NCBI GenBank assembly: GCA_964016885.1
Contig: OZ024748.1
Span: 46,314,001 to 46,378,000, forward strand
DNA: 64,000 nucleotides
Source of the DNA: Eledone cirrhosa
Taxonomy: Eukaryota
Reading direction: 5' to 3'
The notes below the pieces were generated by a model that was not told where the DNA came from, did no database searches, and saw only the letters and a program-made list of their open reading frames with translations. The first letter of the stretch is position 1, and each line of letters begins with the position of its first letter. Below, in pieces: positions 33,946 through 46,653 of this stretch. The translations under genes were made by a program, and so were the position numbers.

Positions 33946-36900
33946 TGGCATCAGGTTGTAGCTGGAGAATGTGCCACAGACTGCATCAGGTTGCAGCTGG
34001 AGAATATGTCACAGACTGCATCAGGTTGCCGCTGGAGAATGTGTCACAGACTGCATCAGGTTGCCGCTGGAGAATGTGTTACAAACTGCATCAGGTTGCC
34101 GCTGGAGAATGTGTCACAGACTGCATCAGGTTGCCGCTGGAAAATATGTCACAGACTGCATCAAGTTGCAGCTGGAGAATGTGTCACAGACTGCATCAGG
34201 TTGCCGCTGGAGAATGTGTCACAGACTGCATCAGGTTGCCGCTGGAGAATGTGTCACAGACTGCATCAGGTTGCCTCTGGAGAATGTGTCACAGACTGCA
34301 GCAGGTTGCAGCTGGAGAATCTGTTACAGACTGCATCAGGTTGCAGCTGGAGAATGTGTTACAGACTGCATCAGGTTGGCGCTGGAGAATGTGTCACAGA
34401 CTGCATCAGGTTGCAGCTGGAGAATGTGTCACAGACTCCATCAGGTTGCAGCTGGAAAATGTGTTACAGACTGCATCAGGTTGGCGCTGGAGAATGTATC
34501 ACAGACTGCATCAGGTTGCAGCTGGAGAATGTGTTACAAACTGCATCAAGTTGCAGCTGGAGAATGTGTCACAGACTGCATCAGGTTGCAGCTGGATAAT
34601 GTGTCACAGACTGCATCATGTTGCAGCTGGAGGATGTGTTACAAACTGCATCAAGTTGCAGCTGGAGAATGTGTCACAGATTGCATCAGGATGTCGCTGG
34701 AAAACATGTCACAGACTGCATCAGGTTGCAGCTGGAGAATGTGTTACAGACTGCATCAGGTTGCACCTGGAGAATGTGTCACAGACTGCATCAGGTTGCC
34801 GCTGGAAAATATGTCACAGACTGCATCAGGTTGCAGCTGGAGAATGTGTTACAGACTGCATCAGGTTGCAGCTGGAGAATGTGTCACAGACTGCATCAGG
34901 TTGCCGCTGGAGAATGTGTTACAAACTGCATCAGGTTGCAGCTGGAGAATGTGTTACAAACTGCATCAGGTTGCAGCTGGAGAATGTGTTACAGACTGCA
35001 TCAGGTTGCAGCTGGAGAATGTGTTACAAACTGCATCAGGTTGCAGCTGGAGAATGTGTTATAGACTGCATCAGGTTGCAGCTGGAGAATGTGTTACAGA
35101 CTGCATCAGGTTGCAGCTGGAGAATGTGTTACAAACTGCATCAGGTTGCAGCTGTAGAATGTGTTACAGACTGCATCAGGTTGCAGCTGGAGAATGTGTT
35201 ACAAACTGCATCAGGTTGCAGCTGGAGAATGTGTTACAGACTGCATCAGGTTGTAGCTGGAGAATGTGTCACAGACTGCATCAGGTTGCAGCTGGAGAAT
35301 GTGTCACAGACTGCATCAGGTTGCAGCTGGAGAATGTGTCACAGACTGCATCAGGTTGCCGCTGGAGAATGTGTCACAGACTGCATCAGGTTGCCGCTGG
35401 AGAATGTGTTACAGACTGCATCAGGTTGCAGCTGGAGAATGTGTTACAAACTGCATCAGGTTGCCGCTGGAAAATATGTCACAGACTGAATCAGGTTGCA
35501 GCTGGAGAATGTGTCACAGACTGCATCAGGTTGCAGCTGGAGAATGTGTCACAGACTGCATCAGGTTGCAGCTGGAGAATGTGTCACAGACTGCATCAGG
35601 TTGCAGCTGGAGAATGTGTTACAGACTGCATCAGTTTGCAGCTGGAAAATATGTCACAGACTGCATCAGGTTGCAGCTGGAGAATGTGTTACAAACTCCA
35701 TCAGGTTGCCGCTGGAAAATATGTCACAGACTGCATCAGGTTGCAGCTGGAGAATGTGCCACAGACTGCATCAGTTTGCAGCTGGAGAATATGTCACAGA
35801 CTGCATCAGGTTGCCGCTGGAAAATATGTCACAGACTGCATCAGGTTGCAGCTGGAGAATGTGTCACAGACTGCATCAGGTTGCAGCTGGAGAATGTGTC
35901 ACAGACTGCATCAGGTTGCAGCTGGAGAATGTGTTACAGACTGCATCAGTTTGCAGCTGGAAAATATGTCACAGACTGCATCAGGTTGCCGCTGGAGAAT
36001 GTGTCACAGACTGCATCAGGTTGCAGCTGGAGAATGTGTTACAAACTGCATCAGGTTGCCACTGGAAAATATGTCACAGACTGCATCATGTTGCAGCTGG
36101 AGAATGTGTCACAGACTGCATCAGGTTGCAGCTGGAGAATGTGTCACAGACTGCATCAGGTTGCAGCTGGAGAATGTTTTACAGACTGCATCAGTTTGCA
36201 GCTGGAAAATATGTCACAGACTGCATCAGGTTGCCGCTGGAGAATGTGTTACAAACTGAATCAGGTTGCCGCTGGAGAATGTGTCACAGACTGCATCAGG
36301 TTGCAGCTGGAGAATGTGTCACAGACTGCATCAGATTGGCGCTGGAGAGTGTATCACAGACTGCATCAGGTTGCAGCTGGAGAATGTGTCACAGACTGCA
36401 TCAGGTTGCAGCTGGAGAATGTGTTACAGACTGCATCAGTTTGGCGCTGGAGAATGTATCACAGACTGCATCAGGTTGCAGCTGGAGAATGTGTCACAGA
36501 CTGCATCAGGTTGCAGCTGGAGAATCTGTTACAGACTGCATCAGGTTGCAGCTGGAGAATGTGTCACAGACTGCATCAGGTTGCAGCTGGAGAATGTGTT
36601 ACAGACTGCATCAGGTTGCAGCTGGAGAATGTGTTACAAACTGCATCAGGTTGCCGCTGGAGAATGTGTTACAGACTGCATCAGGTTGCAGCTGGAGAAT
36701 GTGTTACAAGCTGCATCAGGTTGCAGCTGGAGAATGTGTTACAGACTGCATCAGGTTGTAGCTGGAGAATGTGTCACAGACTGCATCAGTTTGGCGCTGG
36801 AGAATGTATCACAGACTGCATCAGGTTGCAGCTGGAGAATGTGTCACAGACTGCATCAGGTTGCAGCTGGAGAATGTGTCACAGACTGCATCAGGTTGCA

Positions 36901-38664
36901 GCTGGAGAATGTGTTACAGACTGCATCAGGTTGCAGCTGGAGAATGTGTTACAGACTGCATCAGGTTGCAGCTGGAGAATGTGTTACAAACTGCATCAGG
37001 TTGCAGTTGGAGAATGTGTTACAGACTGCATCAGGTTGCAGCTGGAGAATGTGTTACAAACTGCATCAGGTTGCAGCTGGAGAATGTGTTACAGACTGCA
37101 TCAGGTTGTAGCTGGAGAATGTGTCACAGACTGCATCAGGTTGCAGCTGGAGAATGTGTCACAGACTGCATCAGGTTGCAGCTGGAGAATGTGTCACAGA
37201 CTGCATCAGGTTGCCGCTGGAGAATGTGTCACAGACTGCATCAGGTTGCCGCTGGAGAATGTGTCACAGACTGCATCAGGTTGCAGCTGGAGAATGTGTT
37301 ACAAACTGCATCAGGTTGCCGCTGGAAAATATGTCACAGACTGAATCAGGTTGCAGCTGGAGAATGTGTCACAGACTGCATCAGGTTGCAGCTGGAGAAT
37401 GTGTCACAGACTGCATCAGGTTGCAGCTGGAGAATGTGTCACAGACTGCATCAGGTTGCAGCTGGAGAATGTGTTACAGACTGCATCAGTTTGCAGCTGG
37501 AAAATATGTCACAGACTGCATCAGGTTGCAGCTGGAGAATGTGTTACAAACTCCATCAGGTTGCCGCTGGAAAATATGTCACAGACTGCATCAGGTTGCA
37601 GCTGGAGAATGTGCCACAGACTGCATCAGTTTGCAGCTGGAGAATATGTCACAGACTGCATCAGGTTGCCGCTGGAAAATATGTCACAGACTGCATCAGG
37701 TTGCAGCTGGAGAATGTGTCACAGACTGCATCAGGTTGCAGCTGGAGAATGTGTCACAGACTGCATCAGGTTGCAGCTGGAGAATGTGTTACAGACTGCA
37801 TCAGTTTGCAGCTGGAAAATATGTCACAGACTGCATCAGGTTGCCGCTGGAGAATGTGTCACAGACTGCATCAGGTTGCAGCTGGAGAATGTGTTACAAA
37901 CTGCATCAGGTTGCCGCTGGAAAATATGTCACAGACTGCATCAGGTTGCAGCTGGAGAATGTGTCACAGACTGCATCAGGTTGCAGCTGGAGAAAGTATC
38001 ACAGACTGCATCAGATTGCAGCTGGAGAATGTTTTACAGACTGCATCAGTTTGCAGCTGGAAAATATGTCACAGACTGCATCAGGTTGCCGCTGGAGAAT
38101 GTGTTACAAACTGCATCAGGTTGCCGCTGGAGAATGTGTCACAGACTGCATCAGGTTGCAGCTGGAGAATGTGTCACAGACTGCATCAGATTGGCGCTGG
38201 AGAGTGTATCACAGACTGCATCAGGTTGCAGCTGGAGAATGTGTCACAGACTGCATCAGGTTGCAGCTGGAGAATGTGTTACAGACTGCATCAGTTTGGC
38301 GCTGGAGAATGTATCACAGACTGCATCAGGTTGCAGCTGGAGAATGTGTCACAGACTGCATCAGGTTGCAGCTGGAGAATCTGTTACAGACTGCATCAGG
38401 TTGCAGCTGGAGAATGTGTCACAGACTGCATCAGGTTACAGCTGGAGAATGTGTCGCAGACTGCATCAGGTTGCAGCTGGAGAATGTATCACAGACTGCA
38501 TCAGGTTGCAGCTGGAGAATGCATCACAGACTGCATCAGGTTGCAGCTGGAGAATGTGTCACAGACTGCATCATGTTGCAGCTGGAGAATGTATCACAGA
38601 CTGCATCAGGATTCCGCTGGAAAATGTGTTACAGACTGCATCAGGTTGCAGCTGGAGAACGTGT
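33946..38664. repeat. 35-bp tandem satellite (~135 copies) with an 1855-bp higher-order duplication
   Basis: Unit ctgcatcaggttgcagctggagaatgtgtcacaga. Rare variants recur 1855 bp (53 units) apart, e.g. ctgaatcagg at 35486 and 37341. Confidence 0.98.
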
Positions 38665-38904
38665 CGCTGCATGTGGCGACCTCAAATCAATGCTAAAATT
38701 AGCGACCTTCTATCCACATGGCCTGGTTGTGCAAGCCGTATAGCACTTCAACCAGCTGCATAAAGATAAGTATATTTATTTAGTCTAGTCAATAGCGCTA
38801 CCTGCAGGAGTCCTTTCATTACATTTTATCACATCTGTCACTCCATCATGTTGACACTAAATTTGTCAAAAAAATTATATAATAACAATAATAATAATGA
38901 TTTC

Positions 38905-39110
38905 AGATTTAAGCACAAGGGCAGCAATTTGGGAGGAGGGGAAAGTCGAATAAATCAACCCAGTACGTTACTGGTACTTTATTTTATCGACCCCGTAAGG
39001 ATGAAAGGCAAAGCTAACCTCGGCAGTATTTGAACTCAGAACGTAAAGGGTCGTAACTATGCCACTAAGCATGTTGTCCGATGCTCTACTGATACTGCCA
39101 ATCCATTTCA
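38905..39110 (-). mobile_element. tRNA-derived SINE (Meta-domain-like)
   Basis: ctggtactttattttatcgaccccgtaaggatgaaaggcaaag...tttgaactcagaacgtaaag...gatactgcca; the B-box is on the minus strand. Confidence 0.8.
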
Positions 39111-39712
39111 TTTATTGGTGATAATGGCCGACTGATAGGGGACAATCCCACGACAAGGACAGTGAGGGTTTGCAATAAAATTGAGTAAAAATACAAAAGG
39201 AAAAACAAAAAACAAAAAAAAAACAGTTAACGATCGAAAAAATATCTAAAAACAAAAAAAAATAATAACAATTGGGGCACTCAAGTATTTGGTTAGGCTT
39301 GAATTTATCAACAATATTTCACAAGCCATTGTATAAATATTTGATAAAATTTGCCGTTTATCATTTCTGATAACCTATAAAATATTGATACTGTAACAAG
39401 CAAATGTTGTGTAATTACTCACTAGAAGAAATACACACATATTTATATATTTTATAAATACACGCATATTTATATATTTACACTTTTACCTCTTCCAGCC
39501 ATCCGGGTGGGGAGGCCTGTTGGAGATTTCGTAGTTGCTTTTCTATTTGTCTGCATATATAGTTAATAGATTTCTTAAATATATATATAAACATGTACTG
39601 AATGGAGGACTTGTATCCAGTTATTAGGTTCAAAATATTATACCCACACACACACACACATACACATACACACATACACACACACACACACACGCGCACA
39701 CCCACACACATG

Positions 39713-39744
<32 letters not shown>

Positions 39745-40451
39745 GGAAAATAGTCAGGACCCCGATGGCAGCGCTCCTGCCGTTTCAACAATGATCTAGC
39801 TGTCGAAACGGCCGGAGCTCAGCCGTCGGGGTCCTGACTCTTTTCCTATTACCCACTCTACTACCGTAAGTATTGAGTAGTCTGGTGCGTTATGGTCTAC
39901 CTGGTATCTTACCACACACTCTTTGTAGCAATTTATTTGTGCTCTGCGCTGGGATTTTTAGTTCTATACCTTTGACAACGAGGAGAATATTTTTAACAAA
40001 AAAGTATTTGAAGTCGCTGTGTAAAGTGATTGTGCTGGTATTGTAAATTTAATACACACAGTAAACACTATAAACGGGTTATTTTAGGAAGTGCATCCAG
40101 CCATAGAAACCATGCCAAATATGTAATGTATGAACAAAATAAGGTTGCTCTGATATGCTTGGTCTCGAACTGTGACTTCCACTCCAACACATGTCATTGA
40201 GGGATGAGGGCGTAAATTGAAGATGGCTAGATTTTTTTTATGTAATACTTGTATGTATAACTTTTAAATTTCAATTACTTGCGGAAACCGAAATTGAAAT
40301 CTAAAATTGGAGGGTTCGTGTATATTCTATAGTTTCGTGTATGCGTGACTCCCATGGTCTAAATTCGGCCGTGCATAAATACATATAAAATAAAGCGTAC
40401 ATGCATACATACTTACATAATACATACATACATGCATTTATACATGAATAT

Positions 40452-40865
40452 ATGGTGGTTCACAACTCGTTTTCGAGTACAGCCACTACTTTATATCCGT
40501 GTAGGAGAACCCCTACCGATGGACTGAACGAGTGTGACTTTTTAGTGCAGCCAGCGACTTGAAAACCCTGGTACAAACACTACACCTGTGACAATTATTG
40601 ACACATAGTGCTGGGAGCATGGTACCATGTGACGACAAGTGCAGAGAGATCTCCAGATACAAAGCAATGCCTGTGCCGTGAAGCTTTTATAGTGAGCAAA
40701 GGCAGTGCACAAAACCAGTCCCACTCTCTTAACCAAGATGATATTTACCAAAAAGAAGAACAAGTCAACATCATTGGATACCATAAGGGTTGCAGGTGTT
40801 ATATCAGAGTTTTCCTTCTCCTAGAATTCTGCCTTAACAAAGGCTAAGCGGTCATCTCTCCCGAT
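40452..40865. repeat. Interspersed repeat, possibly derived from an RTE-type 5' UTR; inverted partial copy at 50483-50744
   Basis: 40452-40714 is the near reverse complement of 50483-50744. It contains ttttccttctcctag...tgccttaacaaaggct, a motif shared with the 41148 family. Confidence 0.6.
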
Positions 40866-41147
40866 GAATACATACATGCATACATACATGCATAAATACA
40901 AACATATATACATATATTCATACAGACATACATACTTACTTAATATATACATACATAATACATCCTTACATATGTGCAACCATATATACATATATTCATA
41001 CGTAATACTTAGATAATATATACATACATAATACATATATATGTGCAAACACATATACATATATTCATACATACACACTTATACACGAACATACATACAT
41101 ATGTACAAACATATATACATATATTCATACATACATACATACATATA

Positions 41148-41682
41148 TGATGGTTGCCCCCTCATTTTCGAGTATGGCCATTGCATGATATACCATTATT
41201 AATGATTATTAATTAATTCTATTGTGCAATGTCTGTGCGTGAAGATATTTTTTAAAGTGTGGGAAGACTGTGCACTGAGCCAATTCCACTCTCTGAGCGA
41301 CAGTAGCTATAACCCGAAAAGAAGAAAAGATCAACATCATCGGTAACTACTGAGCCGTAGGTTTTATATCGGTGTTATTCCAGTTTCCTGAGTTGCCTTC
41401 TCCTAGAAGAATGCCCTGACAAAGGCTAGGGGTCCTTCACTCCCAGTGGTTTAACCGCGCGGTACATGTGTATATACATATTTACACACTTTCGGATCGC
41501 CGTTGACTCTTATGAGTTATTCCGCCCTTTGTCAGGTTTTTTTCTTTTGTCCTGCAGGGTGTCCAAAATCACCCTCCACACCAAGTAAACTTGGTGGGGT
41601 TGCCGGTTTAGTCGCCGACGACCCGGCCATGCGACGGGTTGTGGTGGGTTACATGTTACCAGTAGCACCCAAGAGTGACCCG

Positions 41683-41683
<1 letters not shown>
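41148..41683. repeat. ~540-bp interspersed repeat (RTE-like 5' UTR motif), copy 1
   Basis: Direct repeat of 45767-46305, end to end. It contains gttgccttctcctagaagaatgccctgacaaaggct. Confidence 0.7.
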
Positions 41684-41711
<28 letters not shown>

Positions 41712-41713
<2 letters not shown>

Positions 41714-41942
41714 GGAACCAGTAAGACCCCGACAGCTGAGCTCAAGCCGTTTCGACGGCTAATTCTGGACTAAAAAAAAATCATTGATTTTTTTTTTTTT
41801 TTTAGTCCAGAATTAGCCGTCGAAACGGCTTGAGCTCAGCTGTCGGGGTCGTACTGGTTCCTATTACCCACTCTACTACCTCAAGTATTGAGTACTTTGG
41901 TGCGTTATGGTCCACCTGGTTCCTTACCACATTTCCTTCGTT
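41712..41942. mobile_element. Asymmetric hairpin insertion, family 1
   Basis: Same sequence as 32854-33050 in the opposite orientation, with an A-tract/T-tract spacer at the turn and TA flanks. Confidence 0.75.
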
Positions 41943-42330
41943 ATATATATATATATATATATATAGATAACTTAATATATCAACTAACATAAGCGCACAG
42001 ATGCACGCCCATGCTAGCAAATACACAGGTTATGTCATAGTACCTAGGTCGTTCAATGCAGGAGAATGCAGAACAATAATATAAAGGACGTAAAATAAGA
42101 AAATATTTTTTAAAAAAAATTTTTAAAATATTTTTTACTTACTTAAATTTTCACTCCAACTAATTAGTTTCTGCAATGTTATATATATATAAAATGGAGA
42201 TTAACATCATCGGTAACTACAGGGCTGGTTCATGCACAGGTCAAGTTTACGGCCTCATTCGATCCTGTGCTAGCTGACAGGTGGCAATATATTTTGCCGT
42301 CCCTGGGACTTTTGTCCTAAGTAAGGAAAA

Positions 42331-42412
42331 TGCTCTCTGATGATCCGAACATTTCCACTGGAGGTCCCTAGAATCTCCAATCTTTTGTAAGGTGAAACCG
42401 TCGGTAAAAGCA
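42331..42412 (+). ncRNA. Type-I hammerhead ribozyme candidate (long stem II)
   Basis: tgctct-CTGATGA(42337)-...-GAAA(42394)-ccgtcgg-TA-aaagca. Stem III is near-palindromic with a GUA site, and stem I has one mismatch. Confidence 0.55.
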
Positions 42413-42479
42413 AAAGGAAAATTATATTTTTTTATTTATTTTAAAAAATTGTTTGAATCTTACTTGCTCCGCTTATCTC

Positions 42480-42536
<57 letters not shown>

Positions 42537-42539
42537 CTC

Positions 42540-42576
<37 letters not shown>

Positions 42577-43195
42577 CTCAATTATATATATATATATATA
42601 TTATCTCAATTATATATATATATATTCCCTTGGTGTGAGTTTTTGATTATCACCCAGGGAATACTTCTCGAGGAGTTCCTTCCCAACTCTCATGATCTTA
42701 TCTGTTGTATGTAAGATTGTATGTATATATATTTGTTTGCATTTCTGTATGTATATATATATGTATGTATATATATTTGTTTGCATTTCTGTATGTATAT
42801 ATATATGTATGTATATATATTTGTTTGCATTTCTGTATGTGTATATATATATATATATATGAAAAAGTGAGTCCTTCATCAGTGACCCTCCAACCGTCCT
42901 CGGCATTTCATCGCTTTAAGGGCCATATGCCTCAGGTTGGTGCGAACAACGGCTAAAAAAAGTCGTTGGGACACGTAAATAAAGGGGGACGCTAGAGTAA
43001 CAACAAAAAGGGTTTAAGCAACGGAAAGTGAGTAGAAATAGACAAGTCCCAGATCTCTATGAATATAAACTCTGTGAAATCGTGAACAAGAGACGAAAGA
43101 CCATCGAACCTGGTAGAAATGTGAGCAAGGAAAGAATTTCGCCGAAGTTTGACGGGGGGGGAAAAAGAGAGAGAGAGAGAGAAAGAAAAAGGAGA

Positions 43196-43266
43196 GAAGA
43201 GGAAGAAGAAGAAGAAGAAGAAGAAGAAGAAGAAGAAGAAGAAGAAGAAGAAGAAGAAGAAGAAGA
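43196..43266. repeat. (GAA)n microsatellite
   Basis: Near-pure gaa run. Confidence 0.95.
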
Positions 43267-43469
43267 TAAGGTGGTCTGGTCTGCGAATTCGGTAAACGCA
43301 AGTTTTGTGAAGTTACAGACGAAAGAGAGAGAGAAAAAAATTCCATACCAGCTCGGTCAAGACTGCGCGAGAAAAGAATTACACACAGGTCAAACTTGAA
43401 GGAGGAGGAGGAAAGAGGAGGAGGAGAGGTGCAAACAAATATATATACATACAATCTTACATACAACAG

Positions 43470-44640
43470 ATATGATCATGAGAGTTGGGAAGGAACTCCT
43501 CGAGAGGTATTCCCTGGGTGATAATCAAAAACTCACACCAAGGGAAGTCGCTCAGCAGTATCGCAGTGAATCCATGGATGAAAAACTGCATCCTTATCAG
43601 CAAAACATCATGCATATATTTGTGGCCAGGGAGCTTCGGAGTGAGGGTACTATAGATAAAGAAAGTAGTCTATCTCGGACCCACAACCGCTATATTGGCT
43701 CTGACTTTGAAGGATACGCTTTTCCAATCCAAGACAGGAAATCAACACGAAATACCTGATTCACAAAAAAGATAGCGATGCAGGCAAAACACCTAGATGT
43801 GATAACAAGTGTAGACTCTGCAGAATTAACATCGAATATGTCACCCATGTCATAAGCAGCTGTCCAAAGATGTCATCGCTGTACTATCTACCTATGAGGC
43901 ATGATGTAGTGGCCAAAACACTGTACAATGCAATCAGTAGAAAAGATAGCCTCGATAATAAACACATTAAAAGCTACAGAAATGTGGAAGACATACATAT
44001 ACATAATATGAAAGAGTACTGGTGGAATGTTCCAGTAAAAACCCCAATAAAATGCAGACATAACATACCAGATATGATATGGACAGGGAAAAGTAGGTAT
44101 GCACAGTAGTGGAAGTTTGCTGTCTAGCAGATGCCAATATAATATCAAAGATTAGCCAAAAGGAGAATATTTATGCAGAGCTGATGAGAAATCTGCAGAT
44201 ACTCCACCCTGATTACACCTTCAGATTTATGCCTTTGATTATTGAGTCACTGGGATATGTTAGTAACTGCCTCAATACAAATCTTGAGAAGCTGGGCTTC
44301 ACAGTAACAGAAAGAACACAACTAGTTAGGAAATTACAAGTAGAATCCATGAATGGAACAGTAAAAATATGTAAAACATTCCAAAAATTGTGTATCTAGT
44401 AACTGCATATACACATGTACAGATACTAAGCATATACACACGCACACATACAACTCAAAACATACACTTCCACACATACAATAACATCCATATCTACACA
44501 TGCATGCATGCAGATATACATACATATCTACCTAGTTGATGTTGTGTAAATTCCAATGAGAGAGTCTTGTGTCTATGTTAGAAACCGACTCTCTCTCTAT
44601 TGGTAAACGTTTGTGAAATTATAAAACCAGAAGAACATAC
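43470..44640 (+). mobile_element. R4/Dong-like (RLE) non-LTR retrotransposon 3' fragment, degenerate
   Basis: CRLCRINIEYVTHVISSCP zinc knuckle, RHDVVAK, WWNVPV...HNIPDMI...VEV...KENIYAEL...PLIIESLG (PD-D/ExK nuclease). It has frameshifts, and its 3' UTR ends in (TACA)n. Confidence 0.85.
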
Positions 44641-45040
44641 ATATATACATACTTACATAGACATAGATACATACATACTTTTATATATGGATATACACAA
44701 ACATACATTGACACAATTACACAATATGTATATTCAAATATTTGAAAATATTATATAAGTTTTAGTGCGTAGATGAAGCAAACGCCAAGGCGTGTCTCTA
44801 TTCTATATATCATTGTTAGAGTTTATCTTTGTTTGTGTAACTTAAGTGCAACAATATCGGAAGAACAAGGCACAGTAAAATAAACAGTATTTTTGTAAAA
44901 ACCAAAGTATGTGACATCTATTCTCTCCTTTATTCCCTTTCGTGTTTGTCGTGTTTTGTCTCCATTGCAATGTGTTAGTATATTATACTCCGAGATAATT
45001 CACATTGTATACATACATATAAATATATATACATATATAT

Positions 45041-45113
<73 letters not shown>

Positions 45114-45114
<1 letters not shown>

Positions 45115-45637
45115 GTTATTCCGGGTTGAATCGGAGGTAACCACAGTAAGTAAGGTACTCAATACATTGCAGAGTATAAAAGTTTTAATATAGATGAGAT
45201 TCTACAGGACTAGAACTGTTTCATTCTTTAGAAATCATCAGGAATCTGGGTATCAAAAAATAAATATGGTATTTATAGGTCTCTACAAGTGGTAGGAGAG
45301 GGTGGGGAGTGGGATGGGTGTAGGTCATTGGTTGATAGAAAAGGGAATTCATTAAAAGCTAATTCTACAAAGCTATAGTTTATTTTTATTTATTTTTGTT
45401 TTTAGAGTAACAAAAGCAGACAAAAATAAATAAAAATAAACTATAGCTTTGTAGAATTAGCTTTTAACGAATTCCCCTTTCTATCAACCAATGACCTACA
45501 CCCATCCCACTCCCCACCCTCTCCTACCACTTGTAGAGACCTATAAATACCATATTTATTTTTTGATTCCAAGATTCCTCTTGATTTCTAAAGAATGAAA
45601 CAGTTCTAGTCCTGTAGAATCTCATCTATATTAAAAC

Positions 45638-45638
<1 letters not shown>
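45114..45638. mobile_element. Asymmetric hairpin insertion, family 3
   Basis: Arms at 45181-45399 and 45420-45638, tail at 45114-45180, TA flanks. A short relative lies at 58810-58914. Confidence 0.8.
45197..45247 (-). ncRNA. Type-I hammerhead ribozyme
   Basis: The minus strand reads agattc-CTGATGA-tttctaaagaat-GAAA-cag(ttctagtc)ctg-TA-gaatct: a perfect 6-bp stem I, intact core and GUA site. Confidence 0.8.
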
Positions 45639-45709
<71 letters not shown>

Positions 45710-45766
45710 AGCATGTATGTATACATTCAAATATATATATATATATATAAATACATATATATATAT

Positions 45767-46305
45767 ATGATGGCTGCCCCCTCGTTATCGAGTATGGCCA
45801 TTGCACGATATACCATTATTAATCATTATTAATTAATTCTCTCGTGCAATGCCTGTGCGTGAAGATATTTTTTAAAGTGTGAAAAGACTGTGCACTGAGC
45901 CAATCCCACTCTCTGAGCGACAGTAGCTATAACCTGAAAAGAAGAACAGATCAACATCATCGGTAACTACTGAGCCGCCGCAGGTTTTATATCGGAATTA
46001 TCCCAGTTCCCTGAGTTGCCTTCTCCTAGAAGAATGCCCTGACAAAGGCTAGGGGTCCTTCACTCCCAGTGGTTTAACCGGGCGGTACATGTGTATATAC
46101 ATATTTACACACTTTCGGATCGCCGTTGACTCTTATGAGTTATTCCGTCCTTTTTCAGGTTTTGTTTTTTGTCCTGCAGGGTGTCCAAAATCACCCTCCT
46201 CACCAAGTAAACTTGGTGGGGTTGCCGGTTTAGTCGCCGACGACCCGACCATGCGACAGTTTGTACTGGGTTACATGTTACCAGTAGCACTCAATGGTGA
46301 CCCTA
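45767..46305. repeat. ~540-bp interspersed repeat, copy 2
   Basis: Direct repeat of 41148-41683. Confidence 0.7.
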
Positions 46306-46324
46306 CACACAGGTATGTATACAT

Positions 46325-46405
<81 letters not shown>

Positions 46406-46416
<11 letters not shown>

Positions 46417-46653
46417 ATAGCTTTCACCGTATTTTTAACTAAAGGAATTTTAGCTTGATAACGGGGTTTAGAACCCTCAGATAAATGGAAAAAGATGAGT
46501 ATTGACGTACATGTACGCCAATACTCATCTTTTTCCATTTATCTGAGGGTTCTAAACGCCGTTATCAAGCTAAAATTCCTTTAGTTAAAAATACGGTGAA
46601 AGCTATATATTTTCTAATTTCAAACTCGCTCACTGTTTCAAAACATACTTACT

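Noticed and set aside
33946-38664. CRISPR array (35-bp periodic repeat)
   Set aside because: The units are head-to-tail with no unique spacers, there are no cas genes, and the context is eukaryotic.
33841-38763. Long Cys/His-rich ORFs resembling zinc-finger or multiheme (CxxCH-like) proteins
   Set aside because: A 35-bp unit cycles through all three frames and gives the same 35-aa peptide in each. Stops occur at random, so this is a satellite artefact.
43028-43399. Poly-Glu / poly-Leu ORFs
   Set aside because: They are translations of a (GAA)n microsatellite.
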